From: a virus
IMG/VR virus record: IMGVR_UViG_3300045988_100207
Direction: 5' to 3' (one strand)
DNA: 64,000 bases
The position numbers were made by a program, and so were the translations under genes. Within the stretch, counting starts at the first letter, position 1; each line of letters starts with the position of its first letter. The notes beneath the pieces are model-generated. The model was given only the letters and a program-made list of their open reading frames with translations. It was not told where the DNA came from and did not search any database. This document shows, one piece after another, positions 27,701 to 36,000 of the stretch.

Positions 27701-28411
27701 GAGATTAATGGTGTACAAGGCACTCTTGGCACATCATCTGGTGTAATCATAGATAAAGATGGCAATTTGGTGAATCCAGATAATCCAAGTGATAGACTGG
27801 TTACTATTTTTCAGAGAAAAAACGAGGGAGATGAAGTTGTAATCAATTCCCCAGTCTTAGCTAAACCTTTGGATGCAGAAACATTTGCAAATGCCTATCA
27901 TATTAATTTCATGGGTCAGAATAGAGGTGTCAGGGATGTAGATAATGATTTCTTTATTGCTGATACCCAAGATACACCAGGAGTTGACTTTGCTGAGGTG
28001 TTCTTCAATATGCAGAAGCTATGCTTTAATGCCGCTGCAGGAAACTATATGATAATAGGCTGCCTCTTTTACGGCTATACAGAGGATAATTTTCAAAAGG
28101 GATTCAGAGGTAAATACGAGAGACTTTGTGAGAAAGAGTTTGGTGCAAAATTTGTCAATCTGAGACAATACATGTTAACACAAGCTCATCTGGCTTGTGG
28201 AAGAACTTTGTCACAAGAAGATAAAGATATGATAAAAACGGGGCAATTACCTCCTTATCTTGGCAATGTTCATCTTAATGAATTGGGACAAGAATTAGCT
28301 TCAAATCTTGTAGCCGAAAGATGTTATGAATTAGGTTGGATAAAGAACAAGCCTAATTACTATGATGTTGTAGCAACTCGCACAAGGTTGGAGACTGATG
28401 GTACTATTTAA
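24695..28411 (+). CDS. tail fibre/spike with collagen-like repeats and C-terminal SGNH-esterase-like domain
   Basis: N-terminal fibre motif (DKQVTERKLADGSVTSSKL); G-X-Y runs at 25013-25066, 25136-25177 and 25430-25513; GDS at 27356-27364; later GQN and HLNELG blocks. Confidence 0.8.
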   Translation: MPTFRQDNKLGDSVPLIKTPDIGDKQVTERKLADGSVTSSKLSTEIANMLSLLTTRISAFKVADNLSSLPTEENTIGWLVDNHLYVYVGNGSTPESGMYQDCGELRGPQGIQGEQGLSGLNGKSAYDIWTEQPGNEDKSEIDFLEFTRGSKGDKGDQGERGYDISNIEQIVKSTEDGGKNIIRVTRSDGWSKVFEIFNGSKGSKGDKGTSIVKLEQTRKTTESSGLNTIEATLGDGTKESFEIYNGAKGEQGNKGEKGDKGDQGEIGPQGNSGIADASNKTLVNDAITGGETDFLSAEVGKLGILTYDCSKGGTVTHTTLQDAINSVPTTFQKVGLTITYKSGNTIYRYTLKANTWSADPANWFSVEDKLNDLETKAVSFIEKKGAVSARTGAIQEAYLTYRYVEIDVSQIRKLRLKGKNTNGALGYAVFDAEDNYIKAEGDTYNLSTFSDLDITFSDEAKKLRVCYDVNGVKENQKINILETKNDSLTDVINQSAKQSFSLGSIADTIKGKFINSSGVLSDNQSYDTKYFAVKKGDKVQIENYVKGNTGNSPISFVLNKEVLLHTSSVLNINAANSTNYVAAPQDCLCYIPRYNSSDSGEAIVNIIHSSLVDFVEDVQKDNISDIALIKDNSLSLDNRYQYKVGKRIVNGILVAGNTLTFYDDTFYKAKKGEVLSFKDVYNSNISIDLVSIYSNATEDSYIKSLYVIKANSTQSKQSDVRIEIPQDCFFRIATASNTQAECPLKVYRTVPLYDVVSAVNKELNGFEDTYKEEKTIQIPLVVETNHISKYYKCSDKCLIICDDFTHNNNVLRYHTIKDDSASIQTINIGVRGHFEYTPPQNAKYFSIKLTERLDSETGKVKVIVPSNFYYTELGEADGAAAKPIVISGDSVAGNLQSKFVSTLINGETSIFGKAVGSEGPWSTMMRMGWAPCMVFPFTIPASNKYGVNVDMICNMHYKPAIKADGTSGFTITDRMTQVDFLVSIWKTTTDGKPYISFAGFDCEINGVQGTLGTSSGVIIDKDGNLVNPDNPSDRLVTIFQRKNEGDEVVINSPVLAKPLDAETFANAYHINFMGQNRGVRDVDNDFFIADTQDTPGVDFAEVFFNMQKLCFNAAAGNYMIIGCLFYGYTEDNFQKGFRGKYERLCEKEFGAKFVNLRQYMLTQAHLACGRTLSQEDKDMIKTGQLPPYLGNVHLNELGQELASNLVAERCYELGWIKNKPNYYDVVATRTRLETDGTI
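27330..28411 (+). other. SGNH/GDSL hydrolase-like domain of the tail fibre
   Basis: Block I VISGDSVAGN, block III-like MGQNRG, block V-like GNVHLNELG in canonical order. Confidence 0.55.
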
Positions 28412-28450
28412 AAGCCGAACTCTAAGTCGCTGACTTTATAGATAAAGAAG

Positions 28451-28476
28451 AAGGGTGAGTCGAATGATTCACCCTT
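28451..28476. terminator. hairpin between convergent genes
   Basis: AAGGGTGA (28451-28458) pairs with TCACCCTT (28469-28476). Confidence 0.5.
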
Positions 28477-28508
28477 TACTTATTTACTTACTTCAATCAA
28501 TAGAGATA

Positions 28509-28772
28509 TTACTCCTTCTTTGTTAATTCTAAAGCATCAGACTCATATACGCATTCTTGGCAAAAGCATTCTGTTGCAGGGTAGTATTTAAAGGAACTTA
28601 CCTTTTCTATTGTGTACCCATTCTTGATTTTTGAGCAAGAGCTGCTTGTATGGATAACCAGTTGGCGATTGGGAAGATCACGCTCGATAAAAACGTTATC
28701 TCCTAAACTTGTTTTACTGCAGGATATAACAATCGCAGAGATAGCACCTAAAAACAATACTATTCTTTTCAT
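28509..28772 (-). CDS. small lipoprotein with His/Cys motif
   Basis: Signal plus lipobox (AIVISC); IHTSSSC...CFCQEC (H-x4-C...C-x2-C). Confidence 0.55.
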   Translation of the reverse strand: MKRIVLFLGAISAIVISCSKTSLGDNVFIERDLPNRQLVIHTSSSCSKIKNGYTIEKVSSFKYYPATECFCQECVYESDALELTKKE

Positions 28773-28838
28773 ATCAACCCAATATTGCCATCAGTATCGT
28801 GAATAAGAAGATAAAGAGCACGAACCATTCCTGTTTAC

Positions 28839-29582
28839 TCATTTGATTATATTGAAAGCGTCCAACATATTATCAATATTTTCATCCTTTACGAAAAGAC
28901 TTCCCATGTTTTGAGAAATTGTAATCGTAATAGAAGAATCGTTCTGACTTGCAAATTTGTGATAAATCCACCTTCGTATGTCGTTAGCCGTAGCTACTAT
29001 ATATTTATTACGATCACCTCTAGCAACAATAACATAGAAGCAATTACCACCATTGTACCTATCGAAACTTTTACTGCTTATACGAACAGAAAAGTTACCG
29101 TCAGAAGTAATCTGGATGGTTTTCACTTGAATATAAAAAGTCTTGTTATTCTTCATTGCTACAATATCAATACCATCATCAACAGGCATCCTTGCAACAT
29201 TGTATTCTCTAAAAAGAAGCTCGCTACAAACAGCCATTTCTCCGGCAGTACCTGCAAACATTCTGTTTTCCGTAGCTTTTACCTTTGGCTCTAATGGCTT
29301 TATTGCAGGTTTGGGCTTGCGTTCTTTCTTAGGCTTACGAAGTTTGTAATAACCTTTTTTGTTACCACCTCTTCCATTTTTAACACGTTCGTAAATAGAA
29401 TCCTTTTTCTTTGTATCATTTGCCAGATAGCGTGAAACCTGATTCTTTAATTCATCCGCATTTGAGTTTTTAAACTCCTCGTACTTATATACCAATTCTA
29501 GTGCAATATCTGTTACGCTCATTTCTGGGTAATCTACACCTTGAATCATAAATACATTATTAACAGCTTCTTTTATATCCAT
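28839..29582 (-). CDS. HARE-HTH + PD-(D/E)xK nuclease-fold protein
   Basis: N-terminal winged-helix ending YERVKNGRGGNKKGYYKLRK; basic linker; C-terminal GEMAVCSELL...PVDDGIDIVAM...FYIQVKT (D...QxK). Confidence 0.6.
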   Translation of the reverse strand: MDIKEAVNNVFMIQGVDYPEMSVTDIALELVYKYEEFKNSNADELKNQVSRYLANDTKKKDSIYERVKNGRGGNKKGYYKLRKPKKERKPKPAIKPLEPKVKATENRMFAGTAGEMAVCSELLFREYNVARMPVDDGIDIVAMKNNKTFYIQVKTIQITSDGNFSVRISSKSFDRYNGGNCFYVIVARGDRNKYIVATANDIRRWIYHKFASQNDSSITITISQNMGSLFVKDENIDNMLDAFNIIK

Positions 29583-29797
29583 AAAATTATTGTTTAGTTT
29601 TATTAAAGCGTTATTTTTCCTGCAAAAGTAGCAAAAATATCAATAGGTTGTACCGTTAATCAACGACTTTCTTCTTAGTTTAGATTAAAGCTAAATAATT
29701 GAGCATCACATTACTCATCATAAATCTCTGAAAAACAGCTTTCTAACCCATGAAAACTTTATTTTGAGCATAGTTAGGCAGAGCCTAATCTTCTTCG

Positions 29798-29805
29798 TAA
29801 CTTTG
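29798..29805 (+). promoter_or_regulatory. candidate -7 box TAACTTTG
   Basis: 42 nt upstream of ATG 29848; no well-spaced -33 box. Confidence 0.4.
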
Positions 29806-29847
29806 CACCAAGTTCAATAGTGAACGAAACGAATAAACTATTTTATT

Positions 29848-30846
29848 ATGAGTGAGTCAAAAACTTACGTATTCGGGGAGAACGGAACCAGCCAGGGTGG
29901 TGGTTTCAATAGCATTCTAGCTATGCTCCCAGCACTTATGCAGCGACAGGGTGTAGATCCAAGTTTGTTTGCTCTCTGCAACGGCAAGGGCAATGGAAAC
30001 GGATGGGGTGATGGCTTGTTTGCCATCTTGCTTCTCTTCCTTCTTATGGGTAGAGGTAACTTCTTCGGTGGAAATAATGGCGGTTGCTTGATGCCTAACG
30101 GACAGGGTGGCGTTATGCTCAATAACGATGCCAATACGGCTGTTATCATGCAGGCAGTTCAGCGCAATGGTTACGATGTTCAGTCGCTTGCTACTGCTCT
30201 CAACACTACTACCGGTAACGTTATCGCTGCCATCAACGGTGTAAGCAAGGAGATTTGCGGTGTCGGCAACCAGATGGGCATGACTGCTAATCAGGTATTG
30301 ACCGCCATCATGCAGGGTAACAACGCTATCGCTACTCAGTTGGCAGAATGCTGCTGCAAGACCAACAACAACATTACCGCCATGGACGGCAATATCAAGT
30401 TGGCGATGTGCCAGCAGACTGGTACCTTACAGAATGCCATCAATAATGTGGCAGTAGGTCAGGAGCGTGGCTTCTCTAACGTAGCTTACGAAACCCAGCG
30501 CCAGACTTGCGATTTGCATAACGCCATCAAGGAAAGCACTCAGACCATCGTTGACGGTCAGAAGCAGGCTGAGATGCGCGAAATGCAGAATAAGATTGAT
30601 TCTCTGCGTGAGGAGAACAGTACCTTCAAGGCTTCCGCAATGACTTCACAAATCGTGGGTCAGGCTGTAGCACCTATCAATCAAGTATTGGCTGGTCTGC
30701 AGAACGAGGTAGCTGGTATCAAGTGTAAGCTGCCGGAGACAGTAACCACCCCTTACAGCCCATTTACTGCGGTTCCTAACTGCGTGGCCTATCAAGCAGG
30801 TTTGTATGGTTTGAATGCTGCCAACAATGCAGGATTCTGGGGTTAA
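29848..30846 (+). CDS. hypothetical membrane-associated protein
   Basis: 332 aa; Gly/Asn-rich N terminus, one TM (LFAILLLFLLMG), Q/N/A-rich helical region with several Cys (CCC). Confidence 0.55.
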   Translation: MSESKTYVFGENGTSQGGGFNSILAMLPALMQRQGVDPSLFALCNGKGNGNGWGDGLFAILLLFLLMGRGNFFGGNNGGCLMPNGQGGVMLNNDANTAVIMQAVQRNGYDVQSLATALNTTTGNVIAAINGVSKEICGVGNQMGMTANQVLTAIMQGNNAIATQLAECCCKTNNNITAMDGNIKLAMCQQTGTLQNAINNVAVGQERGFSNVAYETQRQTCDLHNAIKESTQTIVDGQKQAEMREMQNKIDSLREENSTFKASAMTSQIVGQAVAPINQVLAGLQNEVAGIKCKLPETVTTPYSPFTAVPNCVAYQAGLYGLNAANNAGFWG

Positions 30847-30861
30847 AGAAAGGAGGCTGCT

Positions 30862-31206
30862 ATGTTATGGTTAAGACCTTATACATGGGTGAATCGTAAC
30901 GGTTCGGCGGCTATCGCTTCTACTGGCGTGAAGGTGAATACTGCCGATGTGGTGTTCACCTTTAAAAACCACGCCTTCGTGAATGCCAGCTACAGAGGAA
31001 CGATTTTCGTTAATCTGCGTCAGGCTATTCCGACTGGAACGACTGGTACGCTGCCTATCCTTTTCGAGACCAACGGAGCAACCCAAGCTGTAACCAAATT
31101 CAATGGTGATGCTTTGACGGTTGCAGACGTGCCGGGAACTGGAGTGGTTCAGCTCTGGTTTGAGAGAGACACTAACACCCTTCAGCTAATGACGGGTATT
31201 GTTTAA
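30862..31206 (+). CDS. hypothetical beta-rich protein
   Basis: 114 aa; AGGAGG at 30851-30856 upstream of the ATG. Confidence 0.5.
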   Translation: MLWLRPYTWVNRNGSAAIASTGVKVNTADVVFTFKNHAFVNASYRGTIFVNLRQAIPTGTTGTLPILFETNGATQAVTKFNGDALTVADVPGTGVVQLWFERDTNTLQLMTGIV

Positions 31207-31236
31207 CAAACAGAATAGATAATAGGAGATTACATT

Positions 31237-31737
31237 ATGTTTCAAGGTTTAAGAACAAATTCTTTATTCTATGTCCTAGATAAGGGCGAAAACCCGAACT
31301 TGCAGATTGGTCAGGTTGTTTCGGTCAGCAATCCTCAGACAAAATACCCTACCTTCAATAATGGCTTCACGCCTCAGCCTATGGAAACTGTGGTTGATGT
31401 GAAGGTGAAGCTGAACGACGAGGAGGTGGATTTCAAGCAGCTACCTGCCAACGGACAGATAGCGAACGACAAGAATCTCGTTGTGAGCGACAACAAGGAA
31501 GCCATGAGTGCAGAGGTCGATACCATGCTGAGACAATCCAAGGCGATACTGGAGAGCGTAGATTACCACAAGAAAGTTGTAGATTCTTGTGAGGGAATGC
31601 TATTGCAACTCAACCCCCAGATAGCCAAGGAGAGGGAGCAGACTGAGAAGATCAGCAAGCTGGAAGGCAAGGTTTCTGGCATGGAGGGCAAGCTCGACAA
31701 GATGATGGGATTGCTCCAACAGGCGATAAACAAGTAA
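31237..31737 (+). CDS. hypothetical protein with C-terminal coiled coil
   Basis: 166-aa ORF. Confidence 0.5.
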   Translation: MFQGLRTNSLFYVLDKGENPNLQIGQVVSVSNPQTKYPTFNNGFTPQPMETVVDVKVKLNDEEVDFKQLPANGQIANDKNLVVSDNKEAMSAEVDTMLRQSKAILESVDYHKKVVDSCEGMLLQLNPQIAKEREQTEKISKLEGKVSGMEGKLDKMMGLLQQAINK

Positions 31738-31771
31738 TCTCCTATCTATTCACTTTAAAAATCTTAGAATT

Positions 31772-32047
31772 ATGATAATGGTTGAGATTACAGAAGACAA
31801 GTTTGATGGCTTGTATGAGAACGTGGAGAAGGGTTTGCGCTACTTGGATAAGGCGATGAACTGCCTAGGCGAAATGAAGCGTGAAGGCAGACGTGACCGA
31901 TATGGCGAGCGCAACCGCATGCCCGATTACAGAGGTCGTGGAGGCAGAAGTGGTATGCGAGAGCATGAAGAGTACGAAGACATGCGCCAACGTGACGACA
32001 GAGACCGTGGAGAACGTGATTATCGAAGCTACGGCGACGAGTATTAA
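31772..32047 (+). CDS. Arg/Asp/Glu/Gly-rich low-complexity protein
   Basis: 91 aa; C-terminal half RRDRYGERNRMPDYRGRGGRSGMREHEEYEDMRQRDDRDRGERDYRSYGDEY. Confidence 0.5.
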   Translation: MIMVEITEDKFDGLYENVEKGLRYLDKAMNCLGEMKREGRRDRYGERNRMPDYRGRGGRSGMREHEEYEDMRQRDDRDRGERDYRSYGDEY

Positions 32048-32054
32048 CTAACTT

Positions 32055-32096
32055 GGGGTTTGGTAGTGAAACAGATTTCGTTACCAAACCCTTTTT
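32055..32096 (+). terminator. rho-independent terminator
   Basis: GGGTTTGGTA (32056-32065) pairs with TACCAAACCC (32082-32091), followed by TTTTT. Confidence 0.7.
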
Positions 32097-32111
32097 AATA
32101 TCAGAAAGATT

Positions 32112-32525
32112 ATGGAAAGAAAATACAGACAATCTTTGAACGCCTACGATTATCAGCCGGAGGAAATGAGGGCTTACCTTCGCTACAATGGTTGGCACTT
32201 CAATAAGAAAATGTGTGAGTGGGCAGTAAAGCAGATGCGGAAGAACGGTAAGCCTATCCGCATGATGAGCAAGGATGATATTGAGGAAATCTTGAAAAAG
32301 AACAACATCGTGCTGGAGAATAATGTGGGCTATGATGCGGTTTACATCGCACACATGTGTCTGGCAGACTTCTACGGCTCGTCTATCACGGAAGAAAAGC
32401 AGATGGCCCAGTTCATCAAAGACTACGTAGATGATGAGGATCAGCAGGACGGTTTCATCTTCAACCGCTTCTATGCAGATACATCTTTCAATGGCATAGG
32501 CATACCTTGGGAAGAGATATTGTAG
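32112..32525 (+). CDS. hypothetical protein
   Basis: 137-aa ORF. Confidence 0.55.
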   Translation: MERKYRQSLNAYDYQPEEMRAYLRYNGWHFNKKMCEWAVKQMRKNGKPIRMMSKDDIEEILKKNNIVLENNVGYDAVYIAHMCLADFYGSSITEEKQMAQFIKDYVDDEDQQDGFIFNRFYADTSFNGIGIPWEEIL

Positions 32526-32530
32526 TTGAT

Positions 32531-32558
32531 AGTTTAAAGTTTAAAGTTTATAGTTTTG
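32531..32558. repeat. heptamer tandem repeat (AGTTTAA)x2, AGTTTAT, AGTTTTG
   Basis: Read directly; lies in the gap between 32525 and the next ORF. Confidence 0.7.
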
Positions 32559-32942
32559 ACTGAGCAGGAGATATATTTGGAAAGGTATGACTGGACGGTA
32601 CATGTAATGTACGATGTCCACTCAAAGGATGCCATGAAGGTAAGAAGGCATCTTCGGGATTTGGGATGCGCCGGCATTCCTCTCGAAGATGCCTGTAATC
32701 TCGTGCTCGAAGGTCAGCCCAACAAAGGGATAACCTATTCCAATATAGGCACCAGAAAAACGATAGTAGTAATAGGTTGGACCACCTCAAAAGGGGAGTA
32801 CACGAATAGCCTAACCCACGAAATGCTCCATGTAGTTCAGCACATATCCGAACAGTTCCTTATAAATATGTACACCGAAGAACCCTGCTATCTTCTAGGT
32901 TCCCTCTGTCAAGCCGCCGCCAGCAAGAAAAGCCCCCTCTAG
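32556..32942 (+). CDS. small HExxH protein (putative zinc metallopeptidase)
   Basis: LTHEMLHVVQH motif; track start is TTG, true start uncertain. Confidence 0.45.
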   Translation: MTEQEIYLERYDWTVHVMYDVHSKDAMKVRRHLRDLGCAGIPLEDACNLVLEGQPNKGITYSNIGTRKTIVVIGWTTSKGEYTNSLTHEMLHVVQHISEQFLINMYTEEPCYLLGSLCQAAASKKSPL

Positions 32943-32951
32943 CCCCCGTTC

Positions 32952-33009
32952 CTCAGCATTTTATGCTGAGTCAAAAAAAAGGAGTGAGCCTTGCGCCCAC
33001 TCCTTTTTT
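32952..33009. terminator. tandem hairpins; bidirectional terminator between convergent operons
   Basis: CTCAGCAT/ATGCTGAG (32952-32970), then A8-GGAGTG...CACTCC-T6 (32973-33009); giant ORF stop at 33012. Confidence 0.65.
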
Positions 33010-33011
33010 AT

Positions 33012-36000
33012 TTATTCCAATCTATCCAGTTCATCCACCGCATCCATCATGATTCTGTCAATATTCTGATTAGCGAAGTTGATGCTCTCGGTATCAGAAG
33101 ACTTATCTCTGAGTTTCTTCCAGCGCTTCATCTGTTTCTCTGCCAACTCGATGATTCTAACCTTGGCAGCCTCCTTGGAGTTTTGGAAGTGGAAATACTC
33201 ACCTATATTCGTGATTCTCTTATCAATCGGAACGTTCTTCGATTTCAGGCGGTCCACGTTGGCCATGGTCTTTTCCATTTCGTCCTTGTAGTTATACCAC
33301 TTGCTCTTGGTTCGCTGCAAGCTGCTCTGCTCATTTGGCGTATAGAGTAGTGAGCGAAGGAAAGGAATATCCTTGGTTTCCGTGTCGCTTCCGTGCTTAA
33401 TAACACCGATAGCACGCTCAGTAAAGGTAGCCGCACCACCACCTATGCCACCGATGTAGTGATTCAGCATACTAGGGTTTGTTACCATATCCAGGAAACT
33501 ATTACCCAGCATATCTTCATTACCCTTGGCTACATCGTTAGTCTGAGCATTCACCCATTTATTCACAGCCATATATCCGTCAGGCACACCCCTGTAGGCT
33601 CTCTGCCAAGCAGGGGAATTTTCATTCCAGTCACCACGTCTTTCAATCGGCGCACCCTTCCAGTCGGTATTTAGCTCCCATTCCACGAAAGGAGATAGGG
33701 CAGAAGGAGAGATAGCTTTGATCGTCTCATTCAATGGCTCCTTGCCAGCCGAAGAGTTACCGAGATAGTCCATCACCGGCACAAGCTGCGACATACAGCC
33801 CACGGCATCCAAGGCAGGATTCTTCTGTCCGCTTACGTTTGGCGAGAAGGTCAAGCCAGCCGCCAAGTCACCCAAACCATAGAAGGCTCTCAACTCGATG
33901 GCAAGCGGAATAGTAATAAACTGTCCGCCACCTTTATATATACAGAGATTGTTTCTTCTCACGTAGTCAGGCAACTCGCCGTATGGGTCCTTCACACCCT
34001 TTCTGTCCTTCTCGTCCTCACTCGCAATCAGCACATTGTTACCTAGTGCAGCCAACGCACCGAGAGCAAAAGGAATGGCAAGCATATTGATAGAAGTACC
34101 CACAGGATGATTCTTCAAGTTCTTCACAAGAAGATTTGTACTCTGAATACCGGCATTGAAGAACATAGAACAATGTCTCAGATAGCTAGCCGTAAATCCG
34201 TAAGTCCATCTTGCAGCCGCCTTGCCGCCAGTCATTTCTCCGTTCTTGAAACTCTTGATGGCATCACCGCTACCATGGCGGTTGAAGTTGGTAGATACCT
34301 CCTTCGCATCATAGACCGAACGGATGATAGAGCGGTTACTGTCTCGGCTCGCACAATAGGTAGCAAATCGGGCGATATTCTCAGCCACCTCGTTGATGTT
34401 CGCCAGATTTCCGAAGAAGAAGTCACGAAGGACAGCACCGCCCTTGTCAATCTTGCTTCTTTCGCCCTTCACATCTTTTTTGTATTCCTTGGTCCAATCC
34501 TGCATGTTCTTGATCTGAACCCAACCGGTTTCGCCGCCGTTCTCCATGAACTCCTTGAAATATCGCTGAACCTTGTCGCTCATATCAAGTGTTCCGTTAC
34601 GATACTTGGCAAATAAGCCCAAGCCAGTAGTTCCGCTCAAATCCTTGAAGCTGATATTCGATGCACCCTTATACAAGCCCAACTGCGCATAGTACTTCGC
34701 CCATAGCGCACCATATCTTGCACCCTCCTTGGAAGTAACGTTGCTCGATGCAAACTCCGCATCACGCATGATGTTTCGCATCACGAACTCAGGGTTATAA
34801 GATGTACACAACTGCGCCATCATTCTTGAAATAGAACTCAATGGTTTCATGATTCCCTTGGCACCCGAGTTCTCCAGCAATCCATTCAGAGCCTGCGCCG
34901 CTCTAGGATTTCCGTTGATAATAAAGGTATGGGTCCTTCCGGCAATCTTCACATCTACGATATGCTGCGATTTATTCTCCGCTCTTTGGAACTTATAACC
35001 AATCTTGTCTCTGCGATAAACCTTGTATGCCATACCCTGTGATTCCTTCATCTTCATATCCTTATTGAAGTCTGAAACAATCTGGTTGATTTCGTCGGCC
35101 GTAGCATCCTCAGGAATATCAGGGTAGCGCTCATAGACGATGTTCACCACTGGGTCCTTCTCATACCAGACGCTTGTTTCGGTAATCAGATTATTGCCCG
35201 AATTGTTTCTCGCGAATCTTGCAAATGCCTGACGGATAGCATTCATACCACCGTTCTTGATGGCTCTGTTACCCATCGCACCAATCTGCGCCAGTACGTT
35301 AGTTTCACTCAGATACTTGTGTCCTCTCGCTCTCATAATCGTGCTTCCGATGTAACTCTTCGGGTCACCCTGCTCAGTAATGTATCCATAAGTATCTTCT
35401 GCCGTAGCCTCATCATACTTTCTCAAAGGCACATACCAGTTGAACATATTCGATACATGACCATGCAATTCCTTGCTGATGATGCCATTCTTGTAGTCGC
35501 TGTCAATAGAATACTGGGTAGCAGCCTTCACCTTATCCCAATAGTCCTTTACAGCTCCCTTCTTGATGCTCTCCATCTTCGCTTCCGAATCCATCACGCT
35601 CTGAATAGCCTCGGCATCATTGTAAGGGTCAGAAGATTTCGTCACCTCCTGTATAGCGTGCATACCAGAATAGTCATGCTCGCCAGCCTCGAAGTCTGCA
35701 TCAAAGTGATTTCTGATACTCTCGTCCAACTGTCTGTAGTACTCCTTCAGGTCGATGTTGCCAGCCTTCAACTCGTTGTCAAGATACTCCTTATCGCTAT
35801 AATAACTGTTTTCCAAGAAGTCGGCATCCTGCTTTTTCTGCTCGTCCATCCTCATATTTCTAAGGAAATCACGCACAAAGAACTCTCTGTTTCGCTCCAA
35901 ACCATGCTTGGTAATCATGTAGAGATTGAAGTTGCGAATCTTCTCATCATCCTTCTTTCCGTCGAAAGCATCCAGCACATCGGCCATGGCCTTGTCAAGA

